From: Candidatus Electrothrix aestuarii
GTDB taxonomy: Bacteria > Desulfobacterota > Desulfobulbia > Desulfobulbales > Desulfobulbaceae
DNA length: 24,000 nt
Direction of reading: 5' to 3'
NCBI GenBank assembly: GCA_032595685.2
Contig: CP159373.1
Span: 2,886,193-2,910,192, forward strand
Of the stretch, positions 1 to 7,741 are shown piece after piece. The notes beneath the pieces are model-generated. The model was not told where the DNA came from, did not search any database, and saw nothing but the letters and a program-made list of their open reading frames with translations. Position 1 is the first letter of the stretch. Each line of letters begins with the position of its first letter. A program made the position numbers and the translations under genes.

Positions 1-588
1 ACTGGTGCTCATGTTCAACGGGTCAGCGCCTATAGCGTTGAGATTTATAAGCACTGGGCTGAAAAAAAGAAGGTGCCAAAGGCCGAAATTATCAAGTATT
101 GTGACCTGCTTAGTCGAGCAGCGCTTCTCCATGATGCCGGGAAGGTTGGTATTCCCGATGCAATTCTTAAAAAACCAGGTCCCTTGACTGCTGAAGAGTA
201 TGAATTAATGAAGGAGCATACGATTTCCGGTGCTGCTTTATTCACCAATATTTCTTCTGAGCTTGATCAAATGACCCATGATATTGTCCTTCATCATCAT
301 GAGCGATGGAATGGTAAGGGATATCCGGGGCGACTGGTGCAGGAAGGCGATTTATGGGTCAGGCAACCATTGGCTGGTGAGGATATTCCTTTTGCGGCCC
401 GGGTTGTTGCCTTGGCGGATGTTTTTGATGCCCTTTCTTCCAAACGTTGCTATAAGAACCCCTGGGATACAGAAAAAATCTATGATGAGATTCGAAAGGA
501 TTCAGGTATGCATTTTGATCCGGAATTGGTCGAGGCCTTTTTTGAGATAACAGATATCCTGCTCGCGATTCGGGAAAAATTTACCTGA
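1..588 (+). CDS. HD-GYP domain phosphodiesterase, C-terminal part (5' end lies outside the window)
   Basis: Frame 1 is open from base 1: TGAHVQRVSAYSVEIY precedes the listed Met at 73. The full HD-GYP motif set is present: H-x2-RV, LLHDAGK, EHTISGA, HHHERWNGKGYP, ADVFDALSSKRCYK. Confidence 0.9.
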   Translation, partial: TGAHVQRVSAYSVEIYKHWAEKKKVPKAEIIKYCDLLSRAALLHDAGKVGIPDAILKKPGPLTAEEYELMKEHTISGAALFTNISSELDQMTHDIVLHHHERWNGKGYPGRLVQEGDLWVRQPLAGEDIPFAARVVALADVFDALSSKRCYKNPWDTEKIYDEIRKDSGMHFDPELVEAFFEITDILLAIREKFT

Positions 589-639
589 GCTTTCTTCCTG
601 TTATAGCTTGCCTAAGAAAACTAGACTAATCGAAGATAT

Positions 640-1020
640 ATGGAAAAATTACTTAAGGAATTAAAAACACTCGTCCCTTTTAAAGAGACAACCGATGTCG
701 GGGATGTTGTTCTCGTTGTGGTTGAAGAAACAGAGATGGCAGGCTATGCCCTGGTGACCGGGATTGAACGTGATCAGACCCGTAAAGATGAATGGTGGGA
801 AGTGCATATGCAGCTTCTTTCTGTTCCTCCCCAGCCTCTTGTCTGGACCTTGCGTACCGCGCAGTTTACTGGGCAGGAGACCTTTACTATGGGAGGAAAG
901 GGACGTTTTGTGAAGGCGGTTCATTTTGAGACCGTTGTGAAAAAAACAGAGATGACAACGCCAGCAGCAAAGACCGAGAGCAGCACAGAAAGTAAGGGTG
1001 GCCTGCGCTTAATTAAATAA
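640..1020 (+). CDS. hypothetical protein (126 aa), no recognisable domain
   Basis: Clean ORF 51 nt downstream of the HD-GYP stop, followed by a GC-rich hairpin at 1040-1061. It has a Thr/Ser/Lys-rich tail. No motif recognised. Confidence 0.55.
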   Translation: MEKLLKELKTLVPFKETTDVGDVVLVVVEETEMAGYALVTGIERDQTRKDEWWEVHMQLLSVPPQPLVWTLRTAQFTGQETFTMGGKGRFVKAVHFETVVKKTEMTTPAAKTESSTESKGGLRLIK

Positions 1021-1039
1021 GTAATCCGCTTAAATATAC

Positions 1040-1061
1040 AACCCGCCCCGCAGGGCGGGTT
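1040..1061 (+). terminator. GC-rich stem-loop after the 126-aa ORF (possible terminator or attenuator)
   Basis: aacccgccc-cgca-gggcgggtt forms a 9-bp perfect stem with a 4-nt loop. Only a short TTT follows, so it is not a canonical intrinsic terminator. Confidence 0.45.
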
Positions 1062-1142
1062 TAAGGTGACGTTAAGATAAGATTAAGATAAAATTTTCAG
1101 CTGTGCGCCGCAGGTAGCGGGGTGTCAGCCCCGTTCTTCGCG

Positions 1143-1454
1143 ATGAAAACAGTTTCCTGGGAGAGTACAGTCACTAATCCGAATGGTATCCATTGTCGGG
1201 TTGCCGAGCGCTTGATCAGCGTTATCGACCGGCACCAGGCCAGTGTGCAGATTATTGATCAGGGATCGCCTATTGACTGTACCTCTATTCTTGAATTGCT
1301 CAGCCTTGCTCTGGTGCAGGGAAGCCGGGTGCGTTTTACAGCCCAGGGGCCCGATGCCGATTTGGTAGCTGCTGCTGTGAATCAGGTCTTGTCGGAATCA
1401 GAACCTGACCAAAATATATCCTCCTGCGAACAGCCGGGGGCCTTGAAAGAATAA
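1143..1454 (+). CDS. ptsH: HPr-family phosphocarrier protein
   Basis: NPNGIHCRVAERL matches the HPr active-site His/Arg pattern. TSILELLSLAL matches the Ser46 region, and FTAQGPDADLVAAAV matches the C-terminal HPr pattern. The ATG at 1143 puts the His at about position 17. The track's GVSAPFFA N-terminal extension (from 1122, read as an alternative GTG start) is less likely. The stop overlaps the ptsI start (TAATG). Confidence 0.8.
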   Translation: MKTVSWESTVTNPNGIHCRVAERLISVIDRHQASVQIIDQGSPIDCTSILELLSLALVQGSRVRFTAQGPDADLVAAAVNQVLSESEPDQNISSCEQPGALKE

Positions 1455-3265
1455 TGGTCACAGAAGAAACTGAGCGGGAAAATTCCCAAAATACTGATCG
1501 TGAACCGGAAACCCTGTACGGTATCAGTGGCTCACCCGGTATTGTAGTTGGGAGGGCTGTGGTGCTCAGGCCTCGCTCTGATGATTTGGTCCGCTATCGT
1601 TTGGAAGAAAAAGCCATTCCTGGGGAAAAAGAACGTTTTTACCTGGCCGTTGATGGCGCGGAACAGGAACTTAAGGCCTTACGGAGTAAGTTCGAGGGAG
1701 ATCTTTCTGACACCCTCACGATAATCGATTCCCATATCCGGATGCTCCGGGATAGGATGATCCTGGAACAGACCGTGATTCTGATTGAGCAGAAGCAGAT
1801 CAATGCCGAATGGGCACTTTCTCGTGCTCTTTATCTTGTGAAGAAGAAGTTTGATCATATTGCTGATGAGTATATCAGGGATCGTTTTGCTGATGTGGAA
1901 TATGTGTTCAAACTGCTCATGGATCAGCTTTCCGAGCACGGGCAGCAATTCCCCACCGGCTTTGCAGAACCGGTCATTGTGGTCTGCGAGGATTTTACCC
2001 CGGCTGATACGGTGCGGATGCAATCCGAAAAGGTCCTCGGTTTCCTGACAGAAAAAGGCGGGGCAACCTCGCACACGGCCATTGTTGCCAGATCTTTGGG
2101 GCTGCCAGCTGTGGTGGGGGTGGAAAATATTACCGAACGTTGCCGCACTGGTGATACGATTATCCTGGATGGCTATGATGGGCGGGTCTGTCTTGCTCCA
2201 ACTATAGATCAGCAGAAACTGTATAAGGAATATGGTCGTCAGCATCGGGCCTTTTCCGATGAGTTGCGCTGGTATATTCATTTGGCCTCGGAAACCCTCG
2301 ATGGCCTGCGAGTAAAGTTGTCTGCGAATATCGAAATTCCCGATGAGATGGAGGGGGTTATCTATTACGGGGCGGACGGTATAGGTCTGTATCGTTCCGA
2401 GTTCGGGTATTTTCAACAAAATCGTCTGCCTGATGAAGAAGCTCTGTTCAGCGTATACCAGGATTTAGTCATCGCCCTGGACCCGCAACCGGTTACCATC
2501 CGAACCCTGGATGCGGGCGGGGACAAGCTGGCAAATCAGTTGCCCGGCAACACCTTCAAGACACGCCATGAGCGGAACCCGGCTTTAGGGTTGCGTTCTA
2601 TTCGCCTTTCCTTGCGGGAAAAAACGCTTTTTGTCACTCAGTTGCGGGCCTTGCTCCGTGCTTCCGCCTTTGGGCGCTTACGTATTCTCCTCCCCTTAAT
2701 CAGTCTGCTTGGTGAATTGAAACAGGTCCAGGAAATTATCGGACAGGTCATGATGGACCTCACCCTGGAAGGGGTCCCCTTTGATCCAGACATTGAAATC
2801 GGCATCATGGTCGAGGTGCCCAGTGCCGTTACTATGGCCGACGCCTTGGCCGCAGAGGTGGATTTTTTCAGTATCGGGACCAATGATCTTATCCAGTATT
2901 CCTTGGCCATAGATCGAGGCAATGAATACGTGGCCAAAATGTATGATCCCCTGCATCCGGCTGTTCTGCGGATGATCAGTCGGACTGTGGAGGCCGGACA
3001 TGCCCAGGGGATAGAGGTGGCGCTTTGCGGTGAGATGGCCGGAGATGTCTCTATGGCACCGGTCCTGCTCGGGCTCGGGCTTGATGAACTCTCCATGCGG
3101 CCCTCGGCAATTCCGCATGTGAAACGGCTGCTTCGTCATTCTACGTCCCGCAGATTGACTGGTCTGGCAAAGCAGGTTCTCAAATGCAGAGACAGCGGAG
3201 AAGCTCGTGAATTACTTGAGAGCTATCTGGAAAGCAATTACAGCGGATGGCGGAAGCGTTTATGA
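1454..3265 (+). CDS. ptsI: phosphoenolpyruvate-protein phosphotransferase (PTS Enzyme I)
   Basis: 603 aa. GGATSHTAIVARSLGLPAVVG is the phospho-His signature, with GIGLYRSEF, FFSIGTNDLIQY and ALCGEMAGD (catalytic Cys region). Confidence 0.93.
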   Translation: MVTEETERENSQNTDREPETLYGISGSPGIVVGRAVVLRPRSDDLVRYRLEEKAIPGEKERFYLAVDGAEQELKALRSKFEGDLSDTLTIIDSHIRMLRDRMILEQTVILIEQKQINAEWALSRALYLVKKKFDHIADEYIRDRFADVEYVFKLLMDQLSEHGQQFPTGFAEPVIVVCEDFTPADTVRMQSEKVLGFLTEKGGATSHTAIVARSLGLPAVVGVENITERCRTGDTIILDGYDGRVCLAPTIDQQKLYKEYGRQHRAFSDELRWYIHLASETLDGLRVKLSANIEIPDEMEGVIYYGADGIGLYRSEFGYFQQNRLPDEEALFSVYQDLVIALDPQPVTIRTLDAGGDKLANQLPGNTFKTRHERNPALGLRSIRLSLREKTLFVTQLRALLRASAFGRLRILLPLISLLGELKQVQEIIGQVMMDLTLEGVPFDPDIEIGIMVEVPSAVTMADALAAEVDFFSIGTNDLIQYSLAIDRGNEYVAKMYDPLHPAVLRMISRTVEAGHAQGIEVALCGEMAGDVSMAPVLLGLGLDELSMRPSAIPHVKRLLRHSTSRRLTGLAKQVLKCRDSGEARELLESYLESNYSGWRKRL

Positions 3266-4287
3266 CCGAGCGGGATCTTATTCAACAGATCCATCAGCTC
3301 GTCTCCCAGGAGGGAAATGGTCTGGTGCAGGGGATCGGCGATGACTGCGCCGTGGTTGAAAAGGACGAGCAGAATGTTTGGTTGCTGACTATGGATACCT
3401 TGATGGAATCGGTCCATTTTGATTGCTCCTGGCATCCGCCCTATCTCCTGGGCCGCAAGGCTGTTTCTGTCAATGTGAGTGATGTTGCGGCAATGGGTGG
3501 GCGACCGGTTTTTGCCCTCCTTTCTCTAGGGCTCCCGGCTGATTTTTCCCCGGAATGGGTAACTGAGCTGAATCGGGGCATCAATGAGGCCTGCGGTCAG
3601 TACGGCTGTTTGTTGATCGGAGGAGATACGGTGTGTAGCCTGGGAAAGATTGCCCTGACCCTGACCCTGATCGGTGAGACATCCCGTGATCAGGTCCTGT
3701 ATCGCCATGGGGCCAAGGCAGGGGATACGGTCTGGGTTTCTGGAGCATTGGGGCTTGCTGCTGCTGGCCTTGACTATTTTCGTTCTGGAAAAACTCTTTC
3801 CATGCAGGCAGAGTATCCGGTGGAAATCAGACCTTGTATCAAGGCCCATCTTGATCCTGATGCACGGGTGGGTTTGGCTGGAGCCCTTTCCCGGACAGGG
3901 CTTGTGCATGCCATGATGGATCTTTCTGATGGTCTGGCCACGGATCTTTCTCATCTCTGCCAACAGAGTCATCTTGCTGCAATGATTGAGGAGGAAAGGT
4001 TTCCTGGGAAGGAAGCGCTTGCTTCTGCTGCCTCATCACTGGGCTTGTCGGAGAAGGAGAGAACAGGCTGGATGATTGCCGGTGGCGAAGATTATGAATT
4101 GTTATTCACTGCATCCCCGGAAAATCAACAGGCTATTCAGAAAGCTGCCTTGGAACACGGGGTGCCTGTGACACCCATAGGACAGCTGAGAGAGGGGCAG
4201 GGGGTTATTCTGCGAAGGAAGACAGCAGATGGTTACGAGGAAGAGCTCATATCATTTCAAGGTTTTGATCATTTTGTGAAAAGCTGA
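3262..4287 (+). CDS. thiL: thiamine-monophosphate kinase (AIR-synthase-related fold)
   Basis: GIGDDCAVV, TMDTLMESVHF, GRKAVSVNVSDVAAMGGRP, LIGGDT and GGEDYELLFT match the ThiL/PurM-like pattern. The ATG at 3262 forms an ATGA overlap with the ptsI stop. The alternative ATG at 3247 would overlap by 19 nt. Confidence 0.85.
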   Translation: MTERDLIQQIHQLVSQEGNGLVQGIGDDCAVVEKDEQNVWLLTMDTLMESVHFDCSWHPPYLLGRKAVSVNVSDVAAMGGRPVFALLSLGLPADFSPEWVTELNRGINEACGQYGCLLIGGDTVCSLGKIALTLTLIGETSRDQVLYRHGAKAGDTVWVSGALGLAAAGLDYFRSGKTLSMQAEYPVEIRPCIKAHLDPDARVGLAGALSRTGLVHAMMDLSDGLATDLSHLCQQSHLAAMIEEERFPGKEALASAASSLGLSEKERTGWMIAGGEDYELLFTASPENQQAIQKAALEHGVPVTPIGQLREGQGVILRRKTADGYEEELISFQGFDHFVKS

Positions 4288-4293
4288 CCGGCC

Positions 4294-4758
4294 ATGAAGC
4301 AGAAAAGGTATCGCATTGCTGCGCTCTCTCTGTTGTTATCCTGCCTCTCCTTGATGCTTGCCATAATTTCCCCTTGTTTGATCAGTCAGAAAATTAGAGA
4401 AATAGAAACTATTGATCGGGTTGATTCTGCAACAGTCTCTCTGGAAATTGAGGGGGTCCGGGAGGAGTTTGTTTCTCAGGGCGATTTGACCTCAAAGAAG
4501 ATAATATTTACGAAAAATGAGCAGAATATAAAGTGGCTCAGGCGGCTTGCTGCTGTCTGTACAGGGGTGATGGTGTTGACGGCGTTGATCGCCATTGGCA
4601 TGGCAGTGTATTCCTGGGATAAAAAACATGGTAAAGAGATCAGTATTGGGAGTATAATTACGGCAGTGGTGGCCCTGTCCTGGCAATATATCGGGGCAGG
4701 AGTTTCAGCCGGTGTGGCTGTCTTGGTCTTTATTATGCTGGTGGCCAGTTTGAGCTGA
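4294..4758 (+). CDS. hypothetical membrane protein (154 aa, about 3 TM segments)
   Basis: Hydrophobic N-terminal segment (IAALSLLLSCLSLMLAII) and two C-terminal hydrophobic segments. It sits tightly between thiL (6-nt gap) and the next gene. Confidence 0.6.
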   Translation: MKQKRYRIAALSLLLSCLSLMLAIISPCLISQKIREIETIDRVDSATVSLEIEGVREEFVSQGDLTSKKIIFTKNEQNIKWLRRLAAVCTGVMVLTALIAIGMAVYSWDKKHGKEISIGSIITAVVALSWQYIGAGVSAGVAVLVFIMLVASLS

Positions 4759-4775
4759 TTTTGTATTATGGTGAA

Positions 4776-5699
4776 ATGACGGATCTTCAGGATCGTATTT
4801 GTGGTGCTGTCCTTGCCTCAGCCTTGGCTGATGCCTTTGGCGCGCCATTTGAGGGCGGCCCTCTGGAGCGGCTGCTTTGGAGAATTTTGGGTAAACGGCA
4901 CGGCAAACGTCGTTGGACCGATGATACCCAGATGTCCGTTGATGTGATGGAGTCGCTTTTGGCCTGTGAACGGATTGATCAGAGAGATCTTGCCCTGCGC
5001 TTTGCCCGTTCGTACCGGTGGACGCGGGGCTATGGCCCAAGCGCAGGGAAATTGCTCAAGCGTATTCGTCGGGGAGAAGCGTGGCAGATTGCCTCTCGGG
5101 CCATTTATCCCAATGGCTCTCTTGGGAATGGCGGGGCCATGCGTTCCGCTCCTATAGGCCTTTTTTATGGGGCAGAGCGTGAAAGAAGGTTGGTTCGGGC
5201 GGTACGGGAGGCAACAGTGGTGACCCATGCCCATCCTGTGGGGCAGGATGGTGCAGTGATCATCTCTTTGACCGCAGCCTTGGTTTGCCTTGATCATTCT
5301 GTGCAGGAGATTTTCAAGCGGCTTCGCCTCCATATTCAAACCATTGATATGCACAATAGGCTGAATACTGCGGAGAAGCTTCTGCAAGCTGGTTATCCCG
5401 TGTTGCCGAAAAAGGTGGCGAGTGAACTAGGCAATGGTGTCCGAGCCAAGGATTCCTGCGTAACAGCTTTTTCTATCGGGCTTGCCTTACGCGAGGCTCC
5501 TTTTCACCATATGCTCTCCTACGTCCGGGAGCTTGGTGGGGATACTGATACCATCGGGGCTATGGCCGGAGCGATCTGGGGAGCTTCCTGTGGATATCGG
5601 CGGCTCCCTGAAGTGTTGTTGAAACAGCTTGAACAACGCAAGTATCTGGAAGACTTGGCGCATCGTTTTGCCGATACCGTTGTTCGGGCGCATTTTTGA
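4776..5699 (+). CDS. ADP-ribosylglycohydrolase family protein (DraG/ARH-like)
   Basis: ADAFGAPFEG, WTDDTQM, GNGGAMRSAPIG and GGDTDTIGAMAGAIWGA are the family's metal-binding and signature segments. The ATG at 4776 is preferred over the start at 4761 listed in the track. Confidence 0.85.
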   Translation: MTDLQDRICGAVLASALADAFGAPFEGGPLERLLWRILGKRHGKRRWTDDTQMSVDVMESLLACERIDQRDLALRFARSYRWTRGYGPSAGKLLKRIRRGEAWQIASRAIYPNGSLGNGGAMRSAPIGLFYGAERERRLVRAVREATVVTHAHPVGQDGAVIISLTAALVCLDHSVQEIFKRLRLHIQTIDMHNRLNTAEKLLQAGYPVLPKKVASELGNGVRAKDSCVTAFSIGLALREAPFHHMLSYVRELGGDTDTIGAMAGAIWGASCGYRRLPEVLLKQLEQRKYLEDLAHRFADTVVRAHF

Positions 5700-5745
5700 G
5701 TTGTAGCTGTATGCCGCAGATCTTGGCTTGTACCAGGGTGAATTC

Positions 5746-7677
5746 ATGGGTATGAATTCACCACAAACGCCTCTGACGAAAGGGGCGCAGTCTGACGTTC
5801 CTCAGCCCTATTATGAGTTGATGAACGCAATGCAGCGGGTATACAATGTCGGCCTGTACTATCCCATTGGTCATAATATGACTGAACGGGCTATAGGAGC
5901 TTTTGTCCATGCTGTCAAAGAAAATGTTGATAAAAGGTCGGGTTATCTCCATTTCGGGCTGACAGAACAGAGCTTTTCTCTCCAGAAGAGAGCGCTGGAT
6001 ACAAAGGTTCCTGCCGTCAAAATATTTCACCAGATGTTTTCCGCTCTGCATATCACCTCGCTTGATATACACCGTGATATCAATGCAGATGAGGCGCGTT
6101 GCTTTTTCGAGGAGATCATAGCGCATAACGCCAAAATCAGAACCTGTCGTGATTTTTCTCAGATGATTATCACGGGTCTGCCGGAAAGCGTCAAGGTTCG
6201 TCAGCTCAACAGTGTTCCTGATGAGGAAGACGATACCGATGAAGTCCCCCATGATACCTCCCTGCCTACGATAGAATACCTTCTCTCTTCCTTGATGCAA
6301 CGAGGCATTCCAGAGGAGATGCTTACCATCTGTCGAGATTTATTGCTTTCTGTAAAGGAAAAGCTGGCAGAAAGACCACTCAGCAATGCTGGGCTTGCTT
6401 CTGTGACTTGGGAGGATGTAGAAAAATTACTTTTTGACCTGGCGGAGTTTCTTCAGACCGCAGCGCAGGGGGAGCCTGATTATCCTCTGGAGGAGCGATA
6501 TAATATTGATGCGCTGCTCGCTATTGTTACGGCCCTTGATGAGCCGGGTACTGATGTCCGCTCCACGCATGAGGTGAAAAAAGCTGTTAATCTCCTGGTT
6601 GACGCGACCAAAGGTCCAGTTCACGAGACCCAGGGAGAGGAGCTGGAGGAAAAGAAAAGCCTCCGGCCTCGCGACCGAACGGATATCAGTGTTGGAGAGT
6701 TAAAAGAGGCCCTGCTGGAGCTGGAAGAATATCGTGCGGTACGGCCTATTTTTCAAACAGATCGTTGCGAGCAGCTCTCAGTTCTCATGGTGACACTAGG
6801 GCGTCCGCTTCAGCCGCAGCTCCTCATCCATATTCAGCACGCATTAACAGAATATTTTGCTCATGTTCTGGAACTTGATGAGTGGTATATCCTTTTACAG
6901 GGGACCCGGGATTTATTCAAAACGTTGGAGAAAGATCGTGTCCGTTTTATCCTTGTTCTTCTTACCCAAGCCCTTCGTTCCTCGCCGTATTCCTCGGTTT
7001 TGATTTTTGTCCGGGATCTCTGTCGGGAGCTTGCCGGTGATGAGCTGGTTCTTTTTTGGCCTTTTTTAGTGAATGAACTGCTTGTCCAAGGAGCGGAGAG
7101 AGAACCTAAGGTTTTTCAGGAACTCTGCATTGTTGCCGGGAGCCTTCCAAAACAGGATATGCGCGCGGCTCTTCCCTATCTTAAGCGGCTTGATGCCTTA
7201 GCTGAACGAAAGATTGCAGACAGTATCTTTGTCGCGCATCCCTTAGCATTACGTTTTCTCTTTACGCTTCTGTTGGAATCTTCACAGGTAGTGTATTTTT
7301 CGAATAGGCTCATGAAGGGTTTGCAGGAGTGTCCTTTCAGCTGGCTGGATAAGGCCGTTCTTCCTTTTCTTGATAGTCGTTCGGAAACAGATCAACATTT
7401 TCTTATAAACCTCTTTCACCAGGAAAATCCTCTCTATCCTGGGCAGACCTTGAGAGATGAAGGGGCGGCAATTATTATAGAACGACTTCCTCTGCTCTCA
7501 GCAGAGCAAAAAAAGGAGCAATGGATTGCGGAGAGTATTGCCGCATTGGCCAGAACGCCCCTTTTATCGGCATATGCTTTGCTCGTTGAGATAGCCCAGG
7601 ATAGACCTTTTTTACGGGCTGGAAAATGGCCCAAGCATGCCCGTCTTGCTGCCTTGAAGGCCTTGAAAAATTATTGA
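5746..7677 (+). CDS. large hypothetical protein (about 644 aa): N-terminal module resembling that of the adjacent HD-GYP protein, acidic linker, long Leu-rich helical C-terminal region
   Basis: Long uninterrupted ORF. AGGGTG lies 6 nt before the ATG at 5746. No catalytic motif recognised. See the findings for the N-terminal similarity. Confidence 0.7.
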   Translation: MGMNSPQTPLTKGAQSDVPQPYYELMNAMQRVYNVGLYYPIGHNMTERAIGAFVHAVKENVDKRSGYLHFGLTEQSFSLQKRALDTKVPAVKIFHQMFSALHITSLDIHRDINADEARCFFEEIIAHNAKIRTCRDFSQMIITGLPESVKVRQLNSVPDEEDDTDEVPHDTSLPTIEYLLSSLMQRGIPEEMLTICRDLLLSVKEKLAERPLSNAGLASVTWEDVEKLLFDLAEFLQTAAQGEPDYPLEERYNIDALLAIVTALDEPGTDVRSTHEVKKAVNLLVDATKGPVHETQGEELEEKKSLRPRDRTDISVGELKEALLELEEYRAVRPIFQTDRCEQLSVLMVTLGRPLQPQLLIHIQHALTEYFAHVLELDEWYILLQGTRDLFKTLEKDRVRFILVLLTQALRSSPYSSVLIFVRDLCRELAGDELVLFWPFLVNELLVQGAEREPKVFQELCIVAGSLPKQDMRAALPYLKRLDALAERKIADSIFVAHPLALRFLFTLLLESSQVVYFSNRLMKGLQECPFSWLDKAVLPFLDSRSETDQHFLINLFHQENPLYPGQTLRDEGAAIIIERLPLLSAEQKKEQWIAESIAALARTPLLSAYALLVEIAQDRPFLRAGKWPKHARLAALKALKNY

Positions 7678-7741
7678 GCCGGTTTCGGTTCGTTTGGTTA
7701 TTTGTTGTGAGATGTCTGTTGATCAGTAGAATGGCTTTTGT

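Noticed and set aside
1071-1095. taagataagattaagataa near-repeat upstream of ptsH
   Set aside because: It is a very short low-complexity A/T repeat. It could be promoter-region composition only.
1122-1142. N-terminal extension of HPr (track start at 1122, read as a GTG start)
   Set aside because: It would place the active-site His at about residue 24 instead of the usual 15-17. The ATG at 1143 fits the family better, although neither start has a strong SD.
1679-2419. 246-aa minus-strand ORF inside ptsI, plus similar ORFs at 2638-3096 and 2696-3139
   Set aside because: They are antisense to a very well supported Enzyme I gene and have no recognisable features.
4294-4758. Possibility that the 154-aa protein upstream of the ADP-ribosylglycohydrolase is its cognate ADP-ribosyltransferase toxin
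   Set aside because: The sequence is dominated by hydrophobic helices and has no R-S-E or H-Y-E type ART motif that I can see.
4818-6300. Minus-strand ORFs 4818-5387 (189 aa) and 5758-6300 (180 aa)
   Set aside because: They are shadow ORFs opposite the ADP-ribosylglycohydrolase and the 644-aa protein. Their composition is Pro/Arg/Gly-rich and they have no start signals.
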